From an uncultured Gemmatimonadaceae bacterium (GTDB lineage Bacteria > Gemmatimonadota > Gemmatimonadetes > Gemmatimonadales > Gemmatimonadaceae), in NCBI GenBank assembly GCA_963751275.1, contig CAVVTZ010000007.1, forward strand, positions 256,001 through 320,000: 64,000 nt of DNA. The letters are read 5' to 3'. The notes below the pieces were generated by a model. That model was given only the letters and a program-made list of their open reading frames with translations, had not been told where the DNA came from and made no database searches. This document shows, in pieces, positions 41,393 through 51,700 of the stretch; within the stretch, counting starts at the first letter, position 1, and each line of letters begins with the position of its first letter. Position numbers and translations under genes: made by a program.

Positions 41393-41401
41393 CTACGAAC
41401 T

Positions 41402-41556
41402 GCGCGTGTAGGGCCTTGTACTGCTGTGACGGCGCGTCTAGGAGGCAGCGTGTGGTACAGCAGAGCGGGAGTGGCTGCCGCAGCTACTCCCGCTCTGCTG
41501 TACCACACGCTGCCTCCTAGACGCGCCGTTCAAGCGGTACTAGGGCCCACACGCGC
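41402..41556. repeat. Family A palindromic element, copy A2
   Basis: GCGCGTGTAGGG...GGCGCGTCTAGGAGGCAGCGTGTGGTACAGCAGAGCGGGAGT and mirror arm. Confidence 0.92.
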
Positions 41557-42354
41557 TCCCGCAACTGCCTTCTCGATCCAATCGATGACCTGCCCCGCGA
41601 TGACTTCGAATCCCGGCTCCGAGATCGCGAGATGCGCGTGCCTCTCCGCCACGATCTGCGTGGCGCCGTATTTCTTCGCGAGCGCGCGTCCGATGCGCGG
41701 CACCACGAACCGGTCGTCGCTCGCCGTCACCGACAGTACCGGGCACTTCACCTTCGAGGCGTCCACCGCGATCATGCCGAAGGACATCTCGCGCCCCGCG
41801 GTGCCGCTCTCGGGCACCAGGCGCGCGAAGGCCGCGTCCGCATCCTCCTTCGGCGTGCGATTGAACATGAGCCAATCGCAGTCCCCGCGGCTCGCGGTGA
41901 GCGCGCGCGAGCCGAGCATCGCCGGCATGTGCTTGAGTTGCCGTCCGATGAGCGACGGGCTCGTCACGAGGATCCCGCGCGGCGGCGCGGCGCACACCAG
42001 CACCGCGGCGCGCACCGCGCCCGCCTCCGCCATCTTCTGCGCGAGCAATCCGCCCATCGAATGGCCGATCACCACCGGGTTGCCCAGCGCGCGCGCCACC
42101 TCGAGCGCGTCGTCCACGTAGTCGCGCACCGAGACGCGGCCCAGGTCCGGCACCGGCCGGCTGCCGTGATGCCCGCGCAGGTCGAGCGCCTGCGACTCGA
42201 AGCCGCGCGCGGCGAGCAGCGGCAGCCAGCCGTCGAACTGCCACGCGCCGCCGAACATGCCGTGCACGCAGAGCACCGGCGGACGTTTCGGGCCGCCGCT
42301 CTTGGCATCCACCGAGCGCAGCGTCAGGCCGCTCGGCATGGTCACGGTGCGCAA
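41530..42354 (-). CDS. Alpha/beta hydrolase
   Basis: VHG, DLRGHHGS, GHSMGG, catalytic Asp/His region; start uncertain. Confidence 0.88.
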   Translation of the reverse strand: MRTVTMPSGLTLRSVDAKSGGPKRPPVLCVHGMFGGAWQFDGWLPLLAARGFESQALDLRGHHGSRPVPDLGRVSVRDYVDDALEVARALGNPVVIGHSMGGLLAQKMAEAGAVRAAVLVCAAPPRGILVTSPSLIGRQLKHMPAMLGSRALTASRGDCDWLMFNRTPKEDADAAFARLVPESGTAGREMSFGMIAVDASKVKCPVLSVTASDDRFVVPRIGRALAKKYGATQIVAERHAHLAISEPGFEVIAGQVIDWIEKAVAGARVGPSTA

Positions 42355-42370
42355 TGTCGCGTCTCCGCTC

Positions 42371-43777
42371 TCAGAAGAAGGACCAGATCATGGCGATCGC
42401 CGCTGCGCCCATCACCAGCGCGCAGATGCCGCCCAGGAGGTTCAGCCACCGGCCGTTCACGTGCTCCATCATCACAGCCGGGTTGTTGCACACGCGCAGG
42501 ATGATCACGATCAGCGGCGGCGCGAGCACACCATTCAGCACGGCGCTCCAGAAGAGCATCTTGATCGCGTCGAGATTCGCGAACGCCATGGCCATCCCCG
42601 CGAGCATCGCGACGCCGAGCACGGTGTAGAAGCGTTTCGCGTGGTTCACCTTCGCGTCCATCCCCATGCGCCAGCCGCCGGCCTCGGCCACCGCATACGC
42701 GACCGACCCCGCGAGCACCGGCACGCCCAGCAACCCGGTGCCGATCAGCCCGAACGCGAAGAGGAACGACGCGAAGCGCCCCGCGAGCGGCCGCAGCGCC
42801 TCGGCGGCCTGCGTGGCCGTGTCGATCTCCGTGTGTCCGTGCGCGTGCAGCGTCGCGCCGGTGGTGAGGATGATGAAGTACATGATGAAATTCGAGAAGA
42901 ACATGCCGGTGATGACGTCGGTGCGCGCGGCGCGCAGTTCTTCCGGCGTCGCTCCCATGCGCGCCATGGTGGTCTCCTTGCCGGCGGCCTTGTCGACTTC
43001 CACCGCTTGGGCCGCCTGCCAGAAGAAGAGATACGGCGAGATCGTCGTGCCGAAGATGGCGACGAGCGTCATGAGGAACGATCGGGTGAACTCGATCCGC
43101 GGCACGAAGGTCGCGCGCAGGACCGCCGCCCAGTCGGGCCGCGCGAGGAAGGCCGCGATCACGTAGGCGAACAGCACGAGCGTGAGCCACTTGAAGATCC
43201 GGACGATCGTGCGGTACGAACCGAAGATGAGCACCGTGAGGATGATCAGCGCATAGGCCGGCTCGTACCACAAACGATCGCTGCCGGTGAGCATGGCGGT
43301 GGCGTCGGCCATGCCGCCGAGGTCCGCGGCGATGTTCACCGTGTTCGCCACGAGCAGGAGCGAGAGCGCGAAGAGGAGCAGCGGCCGCGAGTAGAACTTG
43401 CGCAGCACGTTCGCCAGACCGCGGCCCGACACCATGCCGATGCGCGCGCACATGAGCTGCACGGCGACCATGAGCGGGAAGGAGAAGAGCGCGGTCCAGA
43501 GCGTGGCGAAGCCGAAGGCGGCGCCGGCGGTGGAATAGGTCGAGATGCCGGATGGATCGTCGTCGGCGGCGCCGGCGATGAGGCCTGGCCCAAGTCCGTC
43601 CAGGAAGCGCCGGGCCATGCCCACCGGTTCCACGATGCGGTCGCGGGCGAGCGCGACCACGCGCCATCCCTCGCGAGCGGGGCGGCGCACCTCGGACGTG
43701 ACGAACTCCCCGGAGGTGCCGTCGGGCTGATCCTCGGCCGGGACGCGGAAGCGTCCGCTGTCGCGTGTCGGCACCAA
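42371..43777 (-). CDS. NRAMP-family divalent metal transporter
   Basis: GPGLIAGAADDDPSGI, GTTISPYLFFWQ; start uncertain. Confidence 0.9.
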   Translation of the reverse strand: MVPTRDSGRFRVPAEDQPDGTSGEFVTSEVRRPAREGWRVVALARDRIVEPVGMARRFLDGLGPGLIAGAADDDPSGISTYSTAGAAFGFATLWTALFSFPLMVAVQLMCARIGMVSGRGLANVLRKFYSRPLLLFALSLLLVANTVNIAADLGGMADATAMLTGSDRLWYEPAYALIILTVLIFGSYRTIVRIFKWLTLVLFAYVIAAFLARPDWAAVLRATFVPRIEFTRSFLMTLVAIFGTTISPYLFFWQAAQAVEVDKAAGKETTMARMGATPEELRAARTDVITGMFFSNFIMYFIILTTGATLHAHGHTEIDTATQAAEALRPLAGRFASFLFAFGLIGTGLLGVPVLAGSVAYAVAEAGGWRMGMDAKVNHAKRFYTVLGVAMLAGMAMAFANLDAIKMLFWSAVLNGVLAPPLIVIILRVCNNPAVMMEHVNGRWLNLLGGICALVMGAAAIAMIWSFF

Positions 43778-43845
43778 CCGTCCTCACTTGGCGTTGACCC
43801 TGCGCGTGACCCGCGGCTAACTTGGTCGAACATCCTCACATTGCA

Positions 43846-44157
43846 ATGGCCAATCTACCCACGCCGCGCCGCGCCCTCTTCGACTCCGCCAAGAAATTCC
43901 TCGCCACGCAGGCGGAGGAGAGTCTCTTGGGTACGCCGAACCCGGATCCGCCGCGCCTCACCCTCCAAGCCCTCGAGAAGATAGACATGTCACGGTCACG
44001 GGAACGGATCCTCGGCAATCTGGACGATATGTATCGCGAAGCGTTCGAGCGGCTGAAGGTGAGCGGTGATGCGGCACAGATGGCGCAGTTGGATTTCGCG
44101 TACCGGCGGGAGCAGCTGTATTTCGAGATCTTGCTCGAATGTACGCGACGCTATTGA
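43846..44157 (+). CDS. Hypothetical helical protein
   Basis: 103-aa ORF with coding-like bias filling the gap. Confidence 0.6.
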   Translation: MANLPTPRRALFDSAKKFLATQAEESLLGTPNPDPPRLTLQALEKIDMSRSRERILGNLDDMYREAFERLKVSGDAAQMAQLDFAYRREQLYFEILLECTRRY

Positions 44158-44193
44158 ACGGCGTTAGGGCGGTAGGCAGTCAACAGTGATCGA

Positions 44194-44224
44194 GTCGACA
44201 GTCGACAGTCTACAGTCGACAGTC
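44194..44224. repeat. Heptamer tandem repeat (GTCGACA x4, one variant)
   Basis: GTCGACAGTCGACAGTCTACAGTCGACAGTC. Confidence 0.8.
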
Positions 44225-44282
44225 ATCAGAAATCCGATCCTGCGGGCATTCCCGCTGCAATGACGGTGGCGTATGTTGGCGC

Positions 44283-46262
44283 ATGACAAAATCTGTTCTC
44301 CTCCTGGTCGCGGTCGCTCTCGTGACGGCGGCTAGCGCCGCGGTTCGGCCGCCCCAAACCGCCATCACGCTCGCCATCGTCAACGCGCGGGTGTGGACGG
44401 GGAATCCCAAGCAGCCTTGGGCCGACGCCATCGCGGTGAGCGGCGACCGGATCGCCGCGGTGGGGTCGAGCGCCAGCATCCAGAAGCTCATCGATTCCTC
44501 GACGCACGTGATCGAGGCCCGCGGCGGATTCGTGGTGCCCGGCTTCATCGATTCGCACGTCCACTTCATCGGCGCCGGCTTCGGGCTCACCTCCGTGCAG
44601 CTGCGCACCGCGGCCACGCCCAAGGAATTCGCCGCGCGCATCAAGGCCTATGCCGCCACGATGCCGAAGGGCGCGTGGATCACGGGCGGCGACTGGGACC
44701 ATTCGCTCTGGGGCGGGGAACTCCCCAACAAGGCGTGGATCGACTCGGTGACGCCCGACAACCCGGTGTGGGTCACGCGCCTCGACGGCCACATGTCGCT
44801 CGCGAACTCGCTTGCGCTCGCCGCCGCCAAGGTCACGAAGGACACGAAGGATCCCGCGGGCGGCCGCATCGTGCGCGGAACGAACGGCGATCCCACCGGC
44901 ATCCTCAAGGACAACGCGCAGGGGCTCGTGGACGATGTGATCCCCGATCCGCCGCCGGAGCTCGCCGACAAGGCGCTGCGCAACGGCATGCAGTTCGTCG
45001 CGTCGCACGGCGTGACGTCCGTCGTGAACATGGGCTACTCGTGGTGGGATATGGGCGTGTTCGAGCGCAACCGGAAAGCGGGCAAGCTCATCACGCGCTT
45101 CTACGCGGTGGCGCCGCTTCGGAGCTGGGAGATGCTGCGCGACACGGTCTACCGGCGCGGCCACGGCGATGAGTGGGTGCAGATCGGCGGGCTCAAGGCC
45201 TTCGTGGATGGTTCGATCGGATCGCACACGGCGCTCATGCTGCGCCCGTACAACGATGCGCCCACCGACAGCGGCCTCTGGGTGACGTCGCCCGACGATC
45301 TCTACGCGTGGACCTCGGCGGCCGACAAGGCGGGGCTGCAAGTGATGGTGCACGCGATCGGCGACCGCGCGATCCGCACGCAGCTCGACATCTTCGCGCG
45401 CGTGGAGAAGGAGAACGGCGCGCGCGACCGGCGCTTCCGCATCGAACACGCGCAGCATCTCTCGCCGCCCGACATCCCGCGCTTCGCCGAACTGGGCGTG
45501 ATCGCGAGCATGCAGCCGTACCACGCGATCGATGATGGGCGCTGGGTGGATACCGTCATCGGGAAGGACCGCAGTCGCTATACGTATGCGTTCCGCTCAC
45601 TGCTCGACGCGAAGGCGACTCTCGCGTTCGGCAGCGACTGGAGCGTGGCGCCCGCCATCCCGCTCTACGGCATCTACGCCGCCGTGACGCGCCGCACGCT
45701 CGATGACAAGAATCCGGGCGGCTGGGTGCCCGAAGAGAAGATCACCGTGGAGGAGGCGCTGCGTGCCTACACGATCAACGGCGCGTACGCCGAATTCCAG
45801 GAGAAGGAGAAGGGTTCGCTCGAGGTGGGGAAGCTCGCGGACATCGCGATCATCGATCGCGACATTACGACGATCCCGCCGGAGACGATCCGTGATGCGA
45901 AGGTCACCACGACCATCGTGGGCGGCACCGTGGTCTACGACCGGCTGCGCGACGCCCAGTGCGGCGGGAAGGCATTGCCGGTGTGGGCGGTGCAGAAGCC
46001 GGCGGTGGGCTCCGGGCCGGCGCCGAAACATCCGCGATCGCTCAAGCAGCAAGGCGGCAGCGTGACCGTCCAATTCATCGTCGGCGCCAGTGGCCAGGTG
46101 GACCCGGTCACGGTGAAGGTGACTGCCGCGACGAATTCCGGTTTCGTGGATGCCGTGCAGGATGTGCTGCCCAAGTGGAGATTCACTCCCGCCGAGTTGA
46201 ATGGCGAGAAGGTGGCGCAGTGCGTGGAGCAGACGTTCCCATTCGAGATGCAGCCGAACTGA
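44283..46262 (+). CDS. Secreted YtcJ-like amidohydrolase with C-terminal TonB-CTD-like domain
   Basis: PGFIDSHVH, KAFVDGSIGS, HAIGD, RIEHAQ, FGSDW; tail P.HP..GSVTVQFIV..G.V..WRFTPA..GEKV. Confidence 0.88.
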   Translation: MTKSVLLLVAVALVTAASAAVRPPQTAITLAIVNARVWTGNPKQPWADAIAVSGDRIAAVGSSASIQKLIDSSTHVIEARGGFVVPGFIDSHVHFIGAGFGLTSVQLRTAATPKEFAARIKAYAATMPKGAWITGGDWDHSLWGGELPNKAWIDSVTPDNPVWVTRLDGHMSLANSLALAAAKVTKDTKDPAGGRIVRGTNGDPTGILKDNAQGLVDDVIPDPPPELADKALRNGMQFVASHGVTSVVNMGYSWWDMGVFERNRKAGKLITRFYAVAPLRSWEMLRDTVYRRGHGDEWVQIGGLKAFVDGSIGSHTALMLRPYNDAPTDSGLWVTSPDDLYAWTSAADKAGLQVMVHAIGDRAIRTQLDIFARVEKENGARDRRFRIEHAQHLSPPDIPRFAELGVIASMQPYHAIDDGRWVDTVIGKDRSRYTYAFRSLLDAKATLAFGSDWSVAPAIPLYGIYAAVTRRTLDDKNPGGWVPEEKITVEEALRAYTINGAYAEFQEKEKGSLEVGKLADIAIIDRDITTIPPETIRDAKVTTTIVGGTVVYDRLRDAQCGGKALPVWAVQKPAVGSGPAPKHPRSLKQQGGSVTVQFIVGASGQVDPVTVKVTAATNSGFVDAVQDVLPKWRFTPAELNGEKVAQCVEQTFPFEMQPN

Positions 46263-46265
46263 CGA

Positions 46266-46422
46266 GCGCGTGTAGGGAGTAGTGCCGCTGTAACAGCGCG
46301 TCTAGCAACTGAGCGTGTAGTACAACAGGGCGGGAGTAGCTGCCGCAGCTACTCCCGCCCTGTTGTACTGCACGCTCAGTTGCTAGACGCGCTTCTCGAG
46401 CGGTACTAGTCCCTACAGACGC
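46266..46422. repeat. Family A palindromic element, copy A3
   Basis: TGTAGGGA...GCGCGTCTAGCAACTGAGCGTG / CACGCTCAGTTGCTAGACGCGC...TCCCTACA. Confidence 0.92.
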
Positions 46423-46425
46423 ACG

Positions 46426-48555
46426 TCAGTACTTGGTGATCTCGTCGTACGCCTTCACGAAATCATTGACTTGGGGCAGGATCGCGTCTTCGAGCTGTGG
46501 CGCGTAGCCGACAAAGGTATCGGTACTCGCCACGCGCTTCACCGGCGCGTCCAGCCACGCGAAACATTCGTCCGCGATCCGCGCCGCGATCTCCGCTCCA
46601 TATCCCCACGAGATCGAATCCTCGTACGCCACGATGACGCGGTTCGTCTTCTTCACCGACGCATAAACCGCCTCACTGTCCCACGGACTCAGCGTCCGCA
46701 GATCGATCACCTCGACACTGATCCCGCGCTCGGCCACCTGGTTCGCCGCCGTGAACGCGCGCTGCACGGTCGCGCCGTACGTCACCACGGTCACATCCGT
46801 CCCCTCGCGCACCGTGCGTGCTTTGCCGAAGGGGATCATGAAGTTCGGGCCGGGATACTGCGCCTTGTTGTACGTCTGGCGGTAGAGATGCTTGTGCTCG
46901 AGGAAGATGACCGGATCGTCGCCGCGGATCGCGGTGCGCAGCAGGCCGTTCGCATCCAGCGCATTGGACGGGCACACCACCCGCAGCCCCGGGCAATGCG
47001 TGAACAGGCTCGCCCCCGTCTGCGAATGATAGATCGCGCCGCGGATGTAGCCTCCGTACGTCGTGCGCACCACCACCGGCGCGCTGAACGCGTTGTTCGA
47101 GCGCCAGCGCATGGTCGCGAGCTCGTCGCGCAGCTGCATGTACGCCGGCCAGATGTAGTCGAAGAACTGGATCTCGACCACGGGCTTGAAGCCGCGCAGC
47201 GCGAGCCCGATGGCGCGCCCCACGATGTTCGCCTCCGCGAGCGGCGAATTGTACACGCGCTGGGAACCGAATTCCTTCTGCAGCCCCCACGTCACTTTGA
47301 ACACGCCGCCCTTTCCCTTCACCTTGCCCAGGTGCTGCTCGCGCGACACGTCGGCCACGTCCTCGCCGAAGATCAGCATCTTCTCGTCGCGGCGCATCTC
47401 ATCCTTCATGCACGCATTGAGCAGGTCCACCATCGTGGTCGGCTCGCCCGCGAACTGCGGATCGGCCTCGGTGTCGAACTGCTCGCCCGTGACATCCACA
47501 CTGGGCGAATAGACGAAGTCCATGACGGTGTCCGCGCCCGGCTGCGCCTGCGCCAGCGCGTCGTCGGTGGCCGCGAGAATGGCCGCGTCCACCTCGTCGC
47601 GGATCGCCGCCAGCTCCGCTTCCTTCGCGTGCCCCTTGGCGATCAGCCACTTCGGGAAATTCGTCACCGGGTCGCGCGCCGCGTCCGCTTCGCGCTCCTC
47701 CGCCGGACGGTACATCACCTCGTCGTCGCTCAGCGAATGCGAGTACGGGCGGATCACCTGCGCGTGCACGAGCGCCGGCCCCTTCCGCGCCCGCGCGTAC
47801 GCCACGGCCTTCGCCATCGCGTCGAAGCTCGCCGCGAAATCGCAGCCGTCCACGGTCTGGATGAACAGTCCGGGGAATCCCGTCAGCAGCTTCGAGATGC
47901 TGCCGCCCGCGGTGTTCACCTCCACCGGCACGGAGATCGCGTAGCCGTTGTCTTCCACCAGGTACACCACCGGCGCCTTGAGATTGCACGCCGAGTTGAG
48001 CGACTCCCAGAACTCGCCCTCGCTCGTGGTGCCGTCGCCGGCGGAGACGAACACGACCTCATCCCCATGGAAGCCATCGGCGGCGCCGAGTTTGCCGGCA
48101 CGGAGCGAGGCCTCGGCGCTGCCCACCGCCTGCAGGAACTGCGTGCCGGTGGGCGATGAGGTGGAAACGATGTTGTACGACTTGTGTCCCCAGTGACTCG
48201 GCATCTGCCGGCCGCCGGACGACGGGTCGTTCGCCGCGCCCACCGCTTCGTAGAGCATCTCGGCCGGCGTCACGCCCAGCTGCAGGCAGAGCGCCCGGTC
48301 GCGGTAGTAAGGATAGAACCAATCGTAGCCGGAGCGCAGCGCCATCGCGGCGGCGGTGAGCACCGCCTCGTGGCCAGCGCCCGAGATCTGGAAGAAGATC
48401 CGGTTCTGCCGTTTGAGCTGGATCTCCTTGTCGTCCAGCCGCCGCGACAGGTAGATCGTGCGGTAGGCCGCGAGGAGCTGCTCGCGAGAGAGCGAAGCGG
48501 TGTCCTTGGGGTCTTCGCTGCGGGCAGCGCGTTCGCCGCGGGTCTGTGTGGCCAT
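46426..48555 (-). CDS. 2-oxoacid dehydrogenase E1, fused alpha/beta subunits
   Basis: [51 protein letters not shown]. Confidence 0.93.
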   Translation of the reverse strand: MATQTRGERAARSEDPKDTASLSREQLLAAYRTIYLSRRLDDKEIQLKRQNRIFFQISGAGHEAVLTAAAMALRSGYDWFYPYYRDRALCLQLGVTPAEMLYEAVGAANDPSSGGRQMPSHWGHKSYNIVSTSSPTGTQFLQAVGSAEASLRAGKLGAADGFHGDEVVFVSAGDGTTSEGEFWESLNSACNLKAPVVYLVEDNGYAISVPVEVNTAGGSISKLLTGFPGLFIQTVDGCDFAASFDAMAKAVAYARARKGPALVHAQVIRPYSHSLSDDEVMYRPAEEREADAARDPVTNFPKWLIAKGHAKEAELAAIRDEVDAAILAATDDALAQAQPGADTVMDFVYSPSVDVTGEQFDTEADPQFAGEPTTMVDLLNACMKDEMRRDEKMLIFGEDVADVSREQHLGKVKGKGGVFKVTWGLQKEFGSQRVYNSPLAEANIVGRAIGLALRGFKPVVEIQFFDYIWPAYMQLRDELATMRWRSNNAFSAPVVVRTTYGGYIRGAIYHSQTGASLFTHCPGLRVVCPSNALDANGLLRTAIRGDDPVIFLEHKHLYRQTYNKAQYPGPNFMIPFGKARTVREGTDVTVVTYGATVQRAFTAANQVAERGISVEVIDLRTLSPWDSEAVYASVKKTNRVIVAYEDSISWGYGAEIAARIADECFAWLDAPVKRVASTDTFVGYAPQLEDAILPQVNDFVKAYDEITKY

Positions 48556-48621
48556 GCGTCTCCGGGGAGCGTAAGGGCTTTGCGGCATGAAAGATAAGCC
48601 CCGGCGAGGGGTCGAGCCACC

Positions 48622-48663
48622 GGCGGCACCTTTCAATCCCTGGGTGGCACCTTTCAATCCTTG
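48622..48663. promoter_or_regulatory. 21-bp direct repeat in the divergent promoter region
   Basis: GGCGGCACCTTTCAATCCCTG / GGTGGCACCTTTCAATCCTTG (19/21 identical). Confidence 0.5.
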
Positions 48664-48756
48664 ACGAGCGAACCCGGGGGTGGGAGATTCGCGGGTCGCC
48701 CTCATGTAAGGGATCTGTAATCCATGCCCCACGCCCGCGCGCGCGGACGGTGGAGA

Positions 48757-51700
48757 ATGCGCACCCTCATCGGTGCGCTTCTGCCACTGGTGATCATCGC
48801 CTGTCTGAACGACCGTCCCTCGGGGCAGGGCGGCAGCGCGCGCGCGAGCTTCAGCCTCAAGAAGGTGGCGCGCTTCGGCGGCGCGTGCGGGCCCGCGCCG
48901 GTGCTCGGCCTCGCGAAGGCGCGCGTGCTGCTGCGCATCTCGGGGCACAGCGATTCGATCGTCGGCATCGCGAACTTCGTGGGCGACAGCGCGACGCTCA
49001 GCGTGGATGTGCCGCTGGCGGGATCCAGCGCGCTCGTGAACATCGACGCGCAGGCGATCGATTCCACCGGCGACACCGTCTTCCGCGCGCGGGACACCGC
49101 CACCGCGAAGTCCGGCGACAAGACCCGGGTCGGTTATCTGAACCTCTGGTACGCCGCGCCCGATTCCGCGCTGCAGACACTCACGCTGCATCCCCGCGAC
49201 ACGCTCGCGCGGGTGAATGCGGTGTTCCCCATGCGCGCGACGGGCACCGTCGCGGGCGGCGGCGCGTTCACCGGCAGGATCCGGCTCGCGTGGGTCTCGC
49301 GGGACCCGACGATCGGCACCGTGACCCCCGCCGGCTCGGTCACACTCAACACGAAGCTCGGTACGACGTACATCGTCGCGAGCACGTGGCTCGGGATCTG
49401 CGATTCCACGACGATCTCGATCGTGCCGCCCGTCGCTTCGGTGACCCTCACGCCGGACACCACCGACATCCCGCGCGACGGCACGGTGCAGATGGTCGCG
49501 GTGCTGAAGGACTCCGCGGGCAATGTGCTCAGCGGCCGCGCCATCGCGTGGTCCACCACCAACGCCAACATCTCGGTGGACACCACGGGTCTCGTGAAGG
49601 GGCTCGTCGCGCGGCAGTCGGGGCGCGTGATCGCGACGTCCGAGGGGAAGGCGGACACGAGCGGCATCGGCGTGCTGCCCAAGCCGGTGAAGGCGGTGGC
49701 GATCACGCCGAAGCCCGGCTCGGTGAACCAGGGTGCCACGCTGCAGCTCACGGCCGCCGTCACCGACTCGCAGAACCAGCCGAACCCCGACTTCGCCGTC
49801 GTTTGGGCCACGCTCGACGCATCGAAAGCCACGGTGAGCGCGACCGGTCTCGTGACCGGCGTGGCGGGCGGTAGCGCGGGGATCACCGCCACCGCGGGCG
49901 GCGTGGCCGACACGTCGATGATCACCGTCGTGCCCGTCGGGATCACCTCCACCGTCGTCACCCCGACGCCGGACACGATGGTCTCGATCAACGACTCGCT
50001 GCAGCTCACCGCCAAGAGCTACACCGGCGCCACGCTCACGGCCGGCTCGTACACGTGGACGTCGCGCGATCCGACGGTAGTCACGGTGAACGCCACCGGG
50101 CTCGTCGTCGCCGTGAAGAACGGTTCCACCTACGTCGTGGCCGTCGAGGCCGGCGGTACGAAGGACTCGGCGCACGTCTTCGTGATCCAGAAGGTCTCGT
50201 CCATCACCGTGACGCCGACGCCGGTGCAGCGCTACCTCGGCACCAAGCAGCAGTTCACGGCGAGCGCGGCGGATGCGCGCGGCAATCCGGTGGCAGGGAC
50301 GACGTTCACATGGAGCAGCAGCGATCCGAGCATCGCGGTGCCCGATGCGACCGGGCTCGTGCCCACGATGCTCGCGATCGGCATCGACACCGTGAAGGCG
50401 ACCGCCGGCACGATCGTGGGCAAGGCGGCGCTCACGGTGATCAGCGCGATCACGCGCATCGCGGTCACGCCCACCCCGGTCACGCTCGATGCGCTGGGCA
50501 AGACGCAGGCGTACACCGCGGTCGCGCACGATACGCTCGACGCGGTGATGGGCGGCATCAACTTCACGTGGGCGAGCTCGAACCCCGGCGTCGCGACGGT
50601 GCCGGGGAGCATCGGCACCACGCAGACCGCAACGGCGGCGGGGAATGGCAATACCGCCATCGTCGCATTGGCGCAGGGCGTGAACGGCTCGGCCCAACTC
50701 ACCGTGGCGCAGGTGCTCGTGTCCATCGCGGCGGGACCGAACCCGACCACGGTGGGCGTGGGCGGTCAGGCGCAGCTCAATGCGCGCGGCAAGGATGCGA
50801 ACGGATTCTTCATTCCGGGCGGCAGCTTCACCTGGGCGTCCGATGCGCCGACCAATGTGAGCGTGGGCGTGGCCACGGGGATCGTGAAGGGTCTGATCCT
50901 GAACTCGAGCGCGCACATCACGGCGGCGTCGGGTGCGATCACGTCGAACCAGGTCCTCGTGAACGTGGACAACTCCGTGCCGCCGAGGGTGTCGTGGGGG
51001 CGTGACACGCTCGCGATCGGCCGCGGTTCACTGAACAACTCGCTGCCGCTCTATCTGAGCAAGCCGAGCGCCGGATCGGTGGACATCACCGTGAGCGTGA
51101 AGGACACCTTCGCGTATTTCTCGCCGACCAAGGTGACCTTCGCGGCGGGCGTGACCACGGCGAATGCGAACCTGAATGGCCGCAACGCGGGAGTCACCGA
51201 AGCGTATGCAATGGATTCGAGCAGCCAGTACGGCCCGGACACGGCGGTGCTGCTCGTGCAGGCGAACGCGAAGTTCACGGCGGCGAACTACAGCTTGAAC
51301 GCCACCGACTTCCAGGCGACGCAGGTGCTGCTCACCGACCCGGCGCCGGCGGGGGGCATTCTATCTCGCGATGCAGTATGGCACCGCGGGCGTCGCTTCG
51401 ATCTCGCCCGATCCCGCGTTCATTCCGGCGGGCCAGCTCGCGGCGAACATCAACCTCAATGCGCTCGCGGCGGGCACGACGACGATCACGCCCACGGCGC
51501 CGGGGGTGTCGGGCACGGCGTCGAACGTGAACGTCGGAGCGCCTACGATCGCCATCTCCTCGGGGTCGCCGTTCGTCATGGGAGCGGGACAGTTCGACAA
51601 TCGATACTACGTGTACGTACCGCGCACCCTGTTCCATTCGCTCACGATCGGACTGGTGAGCACCGACAGCACCGTCTCGACGCCGCCGCCGACGGCGGTG

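Noticed and set aside
46426..50916. 1496-aa minus-strand ORF
   Set aside because: Only 46426-48555 is the E1 gene; the rest is an antisense shadow of the giant lipoprotein in GC-rich DNA
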